Of a stretch of 64,000 nucleotides of DNA, positions 9,307 to 18,280 are shown piece after piece. The stretch is from NCBI GenBank assembly GCA_903877885.1, contig CAIRFN010000004.1, forward strand, positions 19,869 through 83,868, read 5' to 3'. Origin of the DNA: an uncultured Candidatus Berkelbacteria bacterium (lineage in GTDB: Bacteria; Patescibacteriota; UBA1384; UBA12157). Position numbers and translations under genes: made by a program. Position 1 is the first letter of the stretch, and each line of letters starts with the position of its first letter. The notes beneath the pieces were generated by a model. That model was not told the DNA's origin. It did not search any database and saw only the letters and a program-made list of their open reading frames with translations.

Positions 9307-12300
9307 CTATTCGATATCCACACTTCCGTCTTCGACGACTTCTTGAAGTCGTTTAGTTAAGGCTGATTTAAGTTCCACTCGAGTTTTGGTTTTGATTTCT
9401 TCAAAACCAATATTTTTTGGCACTCGTAAATATACTGCCAACCCTTCATTTTCTTCGGCCAAATATTGTTTTAAAATATCTTTGATTTTTAACAAAACTT
9501 CTTTTGGGGCGCGATTGGCTAAAGTGATAATCAATTTTTCCGGCGCCGCTTTTTTAGGTTTCTCGTCATCGGCTGTCACCGCTTGCTCGGTTGGCTGCAT
9601 GGCGAGTGCTTCTTCGAAAGTTTGGGCCGAAGCGGCAATGACTTTAGCCACATTTTCTTTGCGATCTAGCCGACCATCAATTAACAGAGGTTCATCTGAA
9701 CTCCAAATGGCTGGATTTTGGGCCAATGTTCGCGGAAAAACAATCACTTCAATTTTGCCAGTCAAATCTTCGACCGTTAAAAACATCATTGGTTCTTTAT
9801 TTTTGGTCATGATTTTTCGGGATTGGCTAATTACGCCGCCAAATTGAACCTTGTCATTTGAACTCATGGTTTCTAATTGGGCGATTGATTGACCAATCGT
9901 ACCCAGTTTAGCGGCGATTTCTCGCAAAGGATGTTCCGACAAATAAATGCCCAACAGTTCTTTTTCCCAAGATAATCTTTGTTTTTGGGGTGCGGCTTCC
10001 ACCGACTCTAACTTTAGCTCCGCTAAAGGCGCGGCGGAAGCATCGCCAAATAAATTCATCTGGTTTAAATTTTTAGATTTATTTAAACCTTGAATAAATT
10101 TTAAAATCATGTCAATTTGTAAGACAATCTGATTTCGTTCGGCAAATTGATCTAGAGCGCCGGCTTTAGCCAAAGCCTCGATTACTTTTTTATTCAAAAC
10201 TTTGCTCGAAAGTCTGGTTATAAAATCACCAAAACTTAAATATGGACCGTTTTTTCGCTCTTCCACAATTTCGAGGGATACACCCATGCCAACGTTTTTA
10301 ATGGCCGCCAGTCCAAAGCGAATATTGCCGGTACTTTTTACCACACCAAATTCAACAAAAGATTCGTTCACATCTGGCGGCAAAACTTGAATGCCCATCC
10401 GTTGGCATTCGCCAATGGCAAAGGCAATTTTGTCAATATTTTGTTGTTCGGCGGTTAGCCACGCGGCCATAAAAGCCGACGGATAGTGAGCTTTCAAATA
10501 GGCGGTTTGATAGGCAATCATGGCATAACAGGCGGCGTGGGCGCGGTTAAAACCATATTTGGCAAAAGGTTCGATAAAGTCCCAAACCGCTTGCGCTGTG
10601 TGATGATCCGAACCTTCTTTAATGGCGCCTTCAACAAATTTAACTTTTTGTTCGTCAAGCAATTTCTTGATTTTTTTACCCACTGCTTTACGAAGGATAT
10701 CGGCTTGGCCATAAGTAAAACCGGCAAAATGGCGGGCGATTTGCAACACCTGATCCTGGGTAACAATGACACCGTAAGTACTGGAAAGAATTGGTTCGAG
10801 TTTGGGATCAAGATAAGTGATGGTTTTGCGGCCGTGTTTAGCATCAATAAAATCGGGAATCGAATCCATCGGACCCGGTCGGTAAAGGGCAACCATAGAA
10901 ATAATATCTTCAAACCGTGTTGGTTTTAATTCTTTCAAATAACGTTTCATGCCGTCAGATTCCAGCTGAAATACGCCGGAAGAGTCCCCTCGCGCCAAAA
11001 GCTCATAACTTTCTTTGTCATCAATCGGAATCTTGCTTAAGTCGATATCCACTTCGGCAATTTTTTTAATAATTCGCAAAGCATTTTTGATAATCGTGAG
11101 GTTAGCCAGCCCCAAAATATCCACTTTCAAAAGGCCAACTTCGTCGATATATTTCATCGAATATTGAGTCACAATATTGGTGTCGCCTTTTGGCGGATAT
11201 TGCAGCGGCACATAATCGGTTAAATTGTCTTGGGAAATTACTACCCCGGCAGCATGGGTGCCAGCATTTCGGGCGACGTTTTCCAAGCGTTTTGCCATAT
11301 CAATCAAGCGGCGAAAGGGTGGTTCATTATCATAGATTTTTTTAAGTTCAGCGACCGAGGAAATTGATTCATCGAGCGTCATCCCTTGAGGAATAAGTTT
11401 GGCAATCCGGTCGCCGTCGTCGTAGGCCATACCAAGAGCGCGGGCGACATCGCGAATGGCCATGCGCGCTTTCATCAAACCAAAAGTAATAATTTGGGCG
11501 ACGTGGTCTTTACCATATTTTTGACTAATGTATTGAATCACCTCACCCCGACGGTCGTCAGCAAAATCCAAATCAATATCAGGCGGGGAAATGCGTTCCG
11601 GGTTCAGAAATCGCTCAAACAGCAAATCATAGGCAATCGGGTCGAGGTCGGTAATTTCTAAAACATAGGCGATAATCGAACCGGCGGCCGAACCACGGCC
11701 CGGACCAACGACAATGCCGGCGTCTTTGGCAAATTTAACGTAATCGCGCACAATCAAGAAATAGTCTTCAAAATGACATTTAATGATAATCGAAAGTTCA
11801 TAGTCCAAGCGTTCGCGAATCTGTGGTGTAATAGTTTCATAGCGATCTTTTGCGCCCTGTTCGCACAGCTCGCGCAAATATTCTTCACTCGACAAATTAT
11901 CGGGCGTATCAAACTTGGGTAAAATTGTTAAGCCCAATTGCATTTCCAAATTACATTGTTCAGCAATTTTGACCGTATTGGCCAAAGCTTCAGGTACGTC
12001 TTTAAAATTCTCGGCCATTTGTTCTGGCGAAATCATCGAGAGATTAAATTCCTTGAGTGACAACCGGTTTTCGTCATCAAAATCTTTACCGGTTTGCACT
12101 GCCAACAAAACCTCATGGGCGTCGCGATCTTCTTCGCGGACATAATGAATATCGTTGGTGCAAACCAAACCAATATTTAATTCTTTTGATAGACGAATCA
12201 ATTCTTTATTAACCAGTTTCTGTTCAGCCAGTTCCGGATGATATTGCAGTTCCAAATAAAAATTATCTTTCCCAAAAATATCCTGATATTCCTTGATAGC

Positions 12301-12774
12301 TTCATAAATTCGATCTTTTTGGTCTGAGGCAATTGCTCGCGGAATTTCACCAGCCAAACAAGCTGACAGAGCAATTAGGCCGGCACTATGTTTTTTTAAA
12401 AATTCCTTGTCCACTCGCGGTTTGTAATAATATCCTTCCAAATGCGCGACAGTCGTGATTTTTAAGATATTTTGATAACCTTCATGGTTTTTGGCCAACA
12501 AAACCAAATGATATGGTTTGCTGTCGATCTTGGAATCTTTATCTTGCATAGTCCGCGGCGCGACGTAAGTTTCGACGCCAATAATCGCTTTAATGCCTTC
12601 GTCATGGCATTTTTTGTAAAACTCCACCGCGCCATACATGACGCCGTGGTCAGTCAAAGCCAGCGTATCCATTCCTAATTCTTTGGCACGCGAAATCAGA
12701 TCCGGGAGCTTGCCAAGACCGTCGAGCAGGGAATAATGCGAGTGAGTGTGTAAGTGAACAAATTTTTGACTCAT
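9307..12774 (-). CDS. dnaE: DNA polymerase III alpha subunit
   Basis: N-terminal PHP domain HLHTHSHYSLLDG, 1155 aa, polymerase core and a C-terminal OB region. Confidence 0.95.
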   Translation of the reverse strand: MSQKFVHLHTHSHYSLLDGLGKLPDLISRAKELGMDTLALTDHGVMYGAVEFYKKCHDEGIKAIIGVETYVAPRTMQDKDSKIDSKPYHLVLLAKNHEGYQNILKITTVAHLEGYYYKPRVDKEFLKKHSAGLIALSACLAGEIPRAIASDQKDRIYEAIKEYQDIFGKDNFYLELQYHPELAEQKLVNKELIRLSKELNIGLVCTNDIHYVREEDRDAHEVLLAVQTGKDFDDENRLSLKEFNLSMISPEQMAENFKDVPEALANTVKIAEQCNLEMQLGLTILPKFDTPDNLSSEEYLRELCEQGAKDRYETITPQIRERLDYELSIIIKCHFEDYFLIVRDYVKFAKDAGIVVGPGRGSAAGSIIAYVLEITDLDPIAYDLLFERFLNPERISPPDIDLDFADDRRGEVIQYISQKYGKDHVAQIITFGLMKARMAIRDVARALGMAYDDGDRIAKLIPQGMTLDESISSVAELKKIYDNEPPFRRLIDMAKRLENVARNAGTHAAGVVISQDNLTDYVPLQYPPKGDTNIVTQYSMKYIDEVGLLKVDILGLANLTIIKNALRIIKKIAEVDIDLSKIPIDDKESYELLARGDSSGVFQLESDGMKRYLKELKPTRFEDIISMVALYRPGPMDSIPDFIDAKHGRKTITYLDPKLEPILSSTYGVIVTQDQVLQIARHFAGFTYGQADILRKAVGKKIKKLLDEQKVKFVEGAIKEGSDHHTAQAVWDFIEPFAKYGFNRAHAACYAMIAYQTAYLKAHYPSAFMAAWLTAEQQNIDKIAFAIGECQRMGIQVLPPDVNESFVEFGVVKSTGNIRFGLAAIKNVGMGVSLEIVEERKNGPYLSFGDFITRLSSKVLNKKVIEALAKAGALDQFAERNQIVLQIDMILKFIQGLNKSKNLNQMNLFGDASAAPLAELKLESVEAAPQKQRLSWEKELLGIYLSEHPLREIAAKLGTIGQSIAQLETMSSNDKVQFGGVISQSRKIMTKNKEPMMFLTVEDLTGKIEVIVFPRTLAQNPAIWSSDEPLLIDGRLDRKENVAKVIAASAQTFEEALAMQPTEQAVTADDEKPKKAAPEKLIITLANRAPKEVLLKIKDILKQYLAEENEGLAVYLRVPKNIGFEEIKTKTRVELKSALTKRLQEVVEDGSVDIE

Positions 12775-12858
12775 ATGTTGTTGTTATCGTAACAAAAATT
12801 AGAGGAAAATCAAAGTTTTAAAAAATCTATGTAATAAAAAACCGCCTTCGGTTTGCGC

Positions 12859-13428
12859 CTAGGGCGGGGTGGGGTAGAGTATAGTTTGGAATTGTTTGGC
12901 AAAGGAGTTAGTTTCGATTTCTTTGGCCAGGCTATTTTGAAGTAAAGGGAGAGTATCAATTATTTGGGTTATATGTAGTTTTTGCTTAATAGTCAGACTG
13001 TTTAACGTTTCTTGAAAGATGGTTTCGTGTTGAGGGTATCGTTCACTGATATAACAATTTTCTTTGACAATAATATTGAACGAACCGTGGGCATAACCAA
13101 CTGATAATTTTTGTTTTCCGGATTCGTAAATGACAATTGAATTTTCTTCTGAATCAATATTGATATAAATTTTATTTCCATCGCAATCAATTTCAAAAAG
13201 GCATCCGTGCAGGCCTTGCGTGAATTGAAAATCGTTTTTATTGTGATTTATCGCTGAAAGATCGGCTTCTCCTCTTGTGATTACGGCGAATAATTGTTCA
13301 TTATTGGCAATCCGATTCATTTTCCGCGTTGATAAAGCGAGGAAACCACAATATTTGAGCATGGCGTTTGTGTCGCGTGCATTTTGCTGATTTTGCTGGG
13401 TGATATAATCAAATCGATCTTTTCTCAT
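12859..13428 (-). CDS. Hypothetical protein
   Basis: 189-aa ORF with no recognisable motifs. Confidence 0.35.
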   Translation of the reverse strand: MRKDRFDYITQQNQQNARDTNAMLKYCGFLALSTRKMNRIANNEQLFAVITRGEADLSAINHNKNDFQFTQGLHGCLFEIDCDGNKIYINIDSEENSIVIYESGKQKLSVGYAHGSFNIIVKENCYISERYPQHETIFQETLNSLTIKQKLHITQIIDTLPLLQNSLAKEIETNSFAKQFQTILYPTPP

Positions 13429-13734
13429 AATGCCCTCCTTATGAGCATTTTAATTGTTAAGTATCTGATTAGTCAGTTTTAATCAGACAATCAATTATAC
13501 CTGTGTAAACCCTGTGAGTCAATAGGTATGTCAATATAAAAAGAGAACCGTCCCTTTTGTTTGGAATTTTCCAATCAAAATATTGACAATCCTTGGTTTT
13601 TGTGGTTAAATGAGGTATATTCAATATATCAAATAAAACATTAATTTCCAATTTTCAGTTTACTTTACCTAAAGGCAGTTTTCATTTAAATTTGAAAATT
13701 GAGAACTGATAATTGAGAATTCTTCGGAGAAGTT

Positions 13735-14007
13735 ATGGCTCATACAAAAGCAAAAGGTACAAGTAGATTAGGTCGCGACAGTCGCGCCAAACGTTTAGGT
13801 GTCAAAAAATTTGGTGAACAAGTGATTGAAGCTGGCCAAATTATTATTCGCCAACGCGGTTCAAAATTTTATGCTGGTGAAGGTACTGCCATGGGCGCAG
13901 ATGATACTTTGTATGCCAAAGTTGCTGGAAAAGTACATTTCAAAAAAACCCAAATCATGAAGTTTACTGGTTCCAAAGTCAACAAAACCATCGTTTCAGT
14001 TAATTAA
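13735..14007 (+). CDS. rpmA: 50S ribosomal protein L27
   Basis: [29 protein letters not shown]...IIRQRG is nearly canonical L27. Confidence 0.95.
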   Translation: MAHTKAKGTSRLGRDSRAKRLGVKKFGEQVIEAGQIIIRQRGSKFYAGEGTAMGADDTLYAKVAGKVHFKKTQIMKFTGSKVNKTIVSVN

Positions 14008-14224
14008 GATCTAACTAAATCAACCAATTTTTTTGGTTAGATTTAATTAATTGTAACTTAACTTAATATTTGCCAAGGAATTTATTCTTTGGAAAATCCC
14101 CAGAAAGCCCCATCTTTTTCGAAAGGAGAATGCTTATGCATTCGCTATCTCCGTAAGAAGATTTCTCCGCGTCAATCCACAAATAGAATATGGTTTTGCA
14201 ACATTCTGACAAGGGAGTTTAACT

Positions 14225-14590
14225 ATGGCTACTCTAAGTTTTGGCGGAGTGATTCCGGCCAGTTTTCAACGAAGCACCGGCGATTTGGCAGAGCAAGGGA
14301 CAGACACCTATGACAAAACCGTTGCTCTGTCGATGAAAAAGTCGCAGCCACTGCCGGTCGATACCAATTCTTTGGCTATCGATATGGCCCAACTTGAGCT
14401 GTTGGCTTGCCATCAGACGGAATTTTCCGATCTGGATTCACTGATCGTAGCGATCGGACATGGTTCGGACTTGAGCCATGAAAACAAGCCGAAGTTGACG
14501 ACTCAGGAAAAGCGTGATCTCGCCCTTTTCCATGAGTATAAGGAAGTGTTGCCGAAATTCGGCTGGAAGCCACCGCAACTCCGTCGTTAA
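14225..14590 (+). CDS. Hypothetical protein, noticeably GC-richer than its neighbours
   Basis: 121-aa ORF followed by a clean terminator. No motifs. Confidence 0.35.
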   Translation: MATLSFGGVIPASFQRSTGDLAEQGTDTYDKTVALSMKKSQPLPVDTNSLAIDMAQLELLACHQTEFSDLDSLIVAIGHGSDLSHENKPKLTTQEKRDLALFHEYKEVLPKFGWKPPQLRR

Positions 14591-14612
14591 GGGATACCAC
14601 AAGGACAGTTTT

Positions 14613-14642
14613 GTCCGGCATTCGATTGCCGGACATTTTTTT
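14613..14642 (+). terminator. Rho-independent terminator
   Basis: gtccggca...tgccggac stem followed by TTTTTTT. Confidence 0.65.
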
Positions 14643-14715
14643 GCCTTTACAAAAAAATATTTATATGGTAAAATTAATTAGTAAAAAATAATTCTTCAAA
14701 ATACAAAAGGATAAA

Positions 14716-15228
14716 ATGGAAATTCAAGATTTAACCAAAACCTATCAAAAGAAAAATGTTCCAGAAATTCGCGTCGGTGACACCGTGCGGATTCATTTTA
14801 AGATTACTGAAGGTGCAAAAACCCGTATTCAAGCTTTTGAAGGCTTGGTTATTGCCACTAAACACGGTCAAGGTCTTGATGGTTCAATCAAAGTTCGCAA
14901 AGTTACCGACGGTGTCGGCATTGAACGAACTTTTCCAATTCACTCACCTTTGATTGTTAAATTTGAAAAAGTTAAATCCTATAATCCGGGACGGGCTAAA
15001 CTTTATTTTGTGCGCGATTTAGTCGGCAAGAAAAAGAAAAAAGTAGTGGAAACTAAATCTGGTCAAACTTGGGAAGAACCAACTGGCGAAAGCGAAATTG
15101 AAAAAATTGAAGCTGCCAAAGTTGCTGAAGCCGAAGCCAGATTAGCCGAAAAAGAAGCGAAAGAAAAAGAACTCGAAGAAAAATTTGAAGAAGCTGTGGC
15201 CAGCCATTTGGAAGCTAAAGCGGAATAA
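14716..15228 (+). CDS. rplS: 50S ribosomal protein L19 with a ~55-aa Lys/Glu/Ala-rich C-terminal extension
   Basis: RVGDTVRIHFKITEGAKTRIQAFEGLVIATKHGQG is canonical L19. The tail is a KEKE-type charged repeat. Confidence 0.9.
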   Translation: MEIQDLTKTYQKKNVPEIRVGDTVRIHFKITEGAKTRIQAFEGLVIATKHGQGLDGSIKVRKVTDGVGIERTFPIHSPLIVKFEKVKSYNPGRAKLYFVRDLVGKKKKKVVETKSGQTWEEPTGESEIEKIEAAKVAEAEARLAEKEAKEKELEEKFEEAVASHLEAKAE

Positions 15229-15301
15229 GCGGGTTCTATTAAAATTGATTAAAACTAAGAAAATCCCGCGAAAGTGGGATTTTCTGTTGTTAGGATGAGA
15301 T

Positions 15302-15646
15302 ATGTCATTTGCGCGTAAAAAGTTGGGAGCCGAAGGCGAAGATCTCGCTTTTGAATATCTGACAAAAAAAGGTTATGAACTCATCGGTCGCAATGTTAGG
15401 CTTTTTTGCGGTGAAATCGATTTGCTAATGCAAGACAAAAAGACTTTAGTGTTAGTGGAAGTTAAAACTAAATCTAATCGAGAATATGGTTTGGCTGAAG
15501 AAAAAGTTAATTATCAAAAACAGCGGAAATTATTGACATTAGCCCGCGCCTTGACTAGTAAATACCCGAACGACTCTGTTAGAATAGATGTAGTGGCTAT
15601 CAACGGTCAGGAAATAAACCATATTATAAATGCAGTGGAAGGATAA
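15302..15646 (+). CDS. yraN: YraN-family (UPF0102) endonuclease-fold protein
   Basis: GEDLAFEYLTKKGYELIGRNVR..GEIDLLMQDKKTLVLVEVKTKS is the YraN signature. Confidence 0.8.
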   Translation: MSFARKKLGAEGEDLAFEYLTKKGYELIGRNVRLFCGEIDLLMQDKKTLVLVEVKTKSNREYGLAEEKVNYQKQRKLLTLARALTSKYPNDSVRIDVVAINGQEINHIINAVEG

Positions 15647-15649
15647 TTG

Positions 15650-16495
15650 ATGTTGGAAAAATCAAAAAAATTAACGATTTTTGAAAAGGAAAAAATCCGT
15701 CGATTTTGGGATGAGGCTAAGGAATTATGGTATTTTTCAATAATCGATATTATCGGTGTTTTAATCGAACAACCAGACTTTAAAAAGGCCAAAAGTTACT
15801 GGTCTACTCTTAAGAATCGTCTCAAAAATGAAGGTAGTGAGCTGGTCACAAAATGTGACCAACTGAAAATGCCATCCGCAGACGGCAAATTTTACAACAC
15901 TGATGTGGCTGACGTGGAAACAATTTTGCGCTTAGTCCAATCGGTGCCCAGCCCAAAAGCCGAGCCGATTAAATTATGGTTAGCAAAAGTCGGCTATGAG
16001 AGAATGCAAGAAATAATTGATCCGGAAAAATCCATTAATCGTGGTCGGCTGAATTGGCAAAGAATGGGGCGAAGCGAGAAATGGATTCAACAGCGGATGA
16101 TGGGCCAAGAAATCAGAAATAAATTGACAGATTATTGGGCGGATCATGAAGTTAAAGAAAAAGGTGAATATGCGATTCTTACAAATATTATTCATCAAGA
16201 ATGGAGCGATTTAACAGTTAAAGAACATAAAAATCTTAAGAAACTTAAAACTGAAAATCTTCGCGATCATATGACCGATGCAGAATTGGTTTTTACGGCT
16301 CTAGCTGAGCTTTCGACGCGTCAAATTGCCGAAACTGTAGGAGCAAACGGTTTAGTGGAAAACAAAATTCCAGCTGAAAAAGGTGGTCAAATTGCAAAAA
16401 ATGCGCGTTTGGAGCTAGAACAAAAAACTGGTCAAAAAGTGGTGAGCGGGAGTAATTTTAAAGCTTTATCGGGACAAAAAAGTAAAATAAAATAA
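15650..16495 (+). CDS. Bro-N/KilA-N domain protein (phage antirepressor-like). ATG at 15650 is preferred.
   Basis: FSIIDIIGVL...AEPIKLWLAKVGYERMQEI resembles the Bro-N fold. Paralogous in architecture to the dinD-like gene at 8445. Confidence 0.5.
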   Translation: MLEKSKKLTIFEKEKIRRFWDEAKELWYFSIIDIIGVLIEQPDFKKAKSYWSTLKNRLKNEGSELVTKCDQLKMPSADGKFYNTDVADVETILRLVQSVPSPKAEPIKLWLAKVGYERMQEIIDPEKSINRGRLNWQRMGRSEKWIQQRMMGQEIRNKLTDYWADHEVKEKGEYAILTNIIHQEWSDLTVKEHKNLKKLKTENLRDHMTDAELVFTALAELSTRQIAETVGANGLVENKIPAEKGGQIAKNARLELEQKTGQKVVSGSNFKALSGQKSKIK

Positions 16496-16503
16496 AGGAC
16501 CAA

Positions 16504-18261
16504 ATGAAAAAAGAAATTTTTTCTCAAGACTTAAATTCACTTCTGAAAAACATTTGTGTTAATGAAAATGATTTTTATGAAACCGCTAACTCTAACACTA
16601 AGTTTTTAAAAAATATTTTTAGTAGTTTGGATAAGGATTACATTTTTCTATTAGTCGATTATCAAAAAGATGAAAAGTTAGTTGATAAAGGTTTGGTTAT
16701 TGGCGATTTAGTCAAAAATCCAGATTATAATTATTCTTTTGTGCCACTTGGTATTATTATTGAAGGTGAAGTGATTGTAAATAAAGGCGGGAAAGCCACC
16801 AAACGCTTAACAGAAGGTGATTTTATTGGTTTGTTTGAGACAAGTGATTGGTTAGAAACTGGAAAAAGAAGAGAAATTGGCGACTGGACTCTTATCGCTG
16901 GTCAAAATACTCAAATTGTTTTTTTCCCTTCTAAATTTTTTACAACTGATAATAAGATTAGCCAAACCTTTAATAACTATTTGACTGAATTAGCGCGAAA
17001 TGATCGGGTGCCGCAACCAATCACCGATTTGCCTCTTCTAGATTGGGCCGCAAGTCATACAACTAAATCAAGACTTTCCGACTATGTGATTGTGGTACAT
17101 ACTCATTTATTGCCAAATTCTTTTCCGTTTTTTCGCCAATTAGCTCATTTGGGAAATTTTGGCAAAATATTTATTATGGAAAAGCCATATTCAACAGTTC
17201 GCCAAACTTTTAACAATCTAATTCAAGCTGGTTGCGAGGTCGTCCAGGTCCAAATGGAACCAGGCCTCCCTTATGAATTTTCGGTTAAAAAGAGTCTCGA
17301 TCTTTTGTGGGCAAAAGTTATTGACGAGCAAAAGAAAACTTCTTTTAAAAAATTGTTGATAGTAGATGATGGGGCCGAACTTTGGCTTTCAATTCCATGG
17401 AATGATTTAAAAGATGTTTTAATCGCTGGCGTTGAACAAACTCAAAGAGGGATTACTCGAATCAAAAATAGCAATCATCATATTCCTCCGATTGTTAGTG
17501 TTGCTTCTAGTGGTGTCAAAAAGATTGTTGAATCGATTTTTATCGGACAGTCAGTGGTTAATAAATTTAATGAGCTAGGTATTTTTTCACAAAACAAGAA
17601 AATCGGCATTATCGGTATGGGCAGTATCGGGTCAGCTGTGGCTGATTATTTAAGCGAAAATAATCAGGAATCTTATTTTTACGACCCGCTTGGTCGCGAA
17701 AAAGTAGACACAAAAGCAATTAGTTATCCTTCACTTGATTCATTACTTAATAATTGCGATATAATTATTGGTACGACTGGTACAGACGCACTTAAAGGTA
17801 TCGCATTCGATAGAGTCCATGGGCAAAAAATTCTAGCAAGCGCGTCTTCGACTGATGTAGAATTTGCGACACTTTTAAAACTTGCAGAACCAACTACCGA
17901 GCCATTTGGTGTTCGTAAAGTAAAAGTAAATGAAAATTTAGAATTTGATATTTTGAATGGCGGTTATCCACTTAATTTTGATAGAGAAAAAAACGCAACA
18001 CCTGATGAAGACATTGTTTTAACCTGGTGTTTAATGTATATAGGCGCAATGCAGGCAGTGCGGTTGATTGATAAAAAAATTCGAGATGGTAAAATTTACG
18101 ATTTAGATATAATTTCTCAAGAAAAAATTCTAAAAAAGTGGATTGAAGAAAAAATAAAATTAGGGCAAAATCCAAACATTCTAGATGACGAGATTAAACG
18201 AATAATAAATTCCACACATCTTGATGGCGCTGGAACTATACCGAGTGTTTGGGAAGATTAA
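16504..18261 (+). CDS. Fusion of an N-terminal cNMP-binding-like domain with an adenosylhomocysteinase (AHCY)-like two-domain enzyme
   Basis: The N-terminal region has a cyclic-nucleotide-binding-like beta-roll (GDFIGLFE). The C-terminal ~430 aa track AHCY block by block: GVEQTQRGITR~EETTTGV, IGIIGMGSIGSAV~GYGDVGKG Rossmann fold, IIIGTTGT~VTTTG, LIVDDGAEL~ILDDGGD. Confidence 0.55.
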   Translation: MKKEIFSQDLNSLLKNICVNENDFYETANSNTKFLKNIFSSLDKDYIFLLVDYQKDEKLVDKGLVIGDLVKNPDYNYSFVPLGIIIEGEVIVNKGGKATKRLTEGDFIGLFETSDWLETGKRREIGDWTLIAGQNTQIVFFPSKFFTTDNKISQTFNNYLTELARNDRVPQPITDLPLLDWAASHTTKSRLSDYVIVVHTHLLPNSFPFFRQLAHLGNFGKIFIMEKPYSTVRQTFNNLIQAGCEVVQVQMEPGLPYEFSVKKSLDLLWAKVIDEQKKTSFKKLLIVDDGAELWLSIPWNDLKDVLIAGVEQTQRGITRIKNSNHHIPPIVSVASSGVKKIVESIFIGQSVVNKFNELGIFSQNKKIGIIGMGSIGSAVADYLSENNQESYFYDPLGREKVDTKAISYPSLDSLLNNCDIIIGTTGTDALKGIAFDRVHGQKILASASSTDVEFATLLKLAEPTTEPFGVRKVKVNENLEFDILNGGYPLNFDREKNATPDEDIVLTWCLMYIGAMQAVRLIDKKIRDGKIYDLDIISQEKILKKWIEEKIKLGQNPNILDDEIKRIINSTHLDGAGTIPSVWED

Positions 18262-18280
18262 AAAACTACAAAGGAATCAA

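Noticed and set aside
9386-12678. Several 60-150-aa plus-strand ORFs.
   Set aside because: All lie inside the minus-strand dnaE, whose identity is unambiguous, and none has a motif or RBS.
14089-14636. Overlapping ORFs 14089-14313 (+) and 14376-14636 (-), and a possible structured RNA at 14040-14230.
   Set aside because: Neither ORF has an RBS or motif, and both overlap the better-supported 14225-14590 ORF. The local hairpin (gaatgc-ttat-gcattc) has no T-run, so there is no convincing ncRNA signature.
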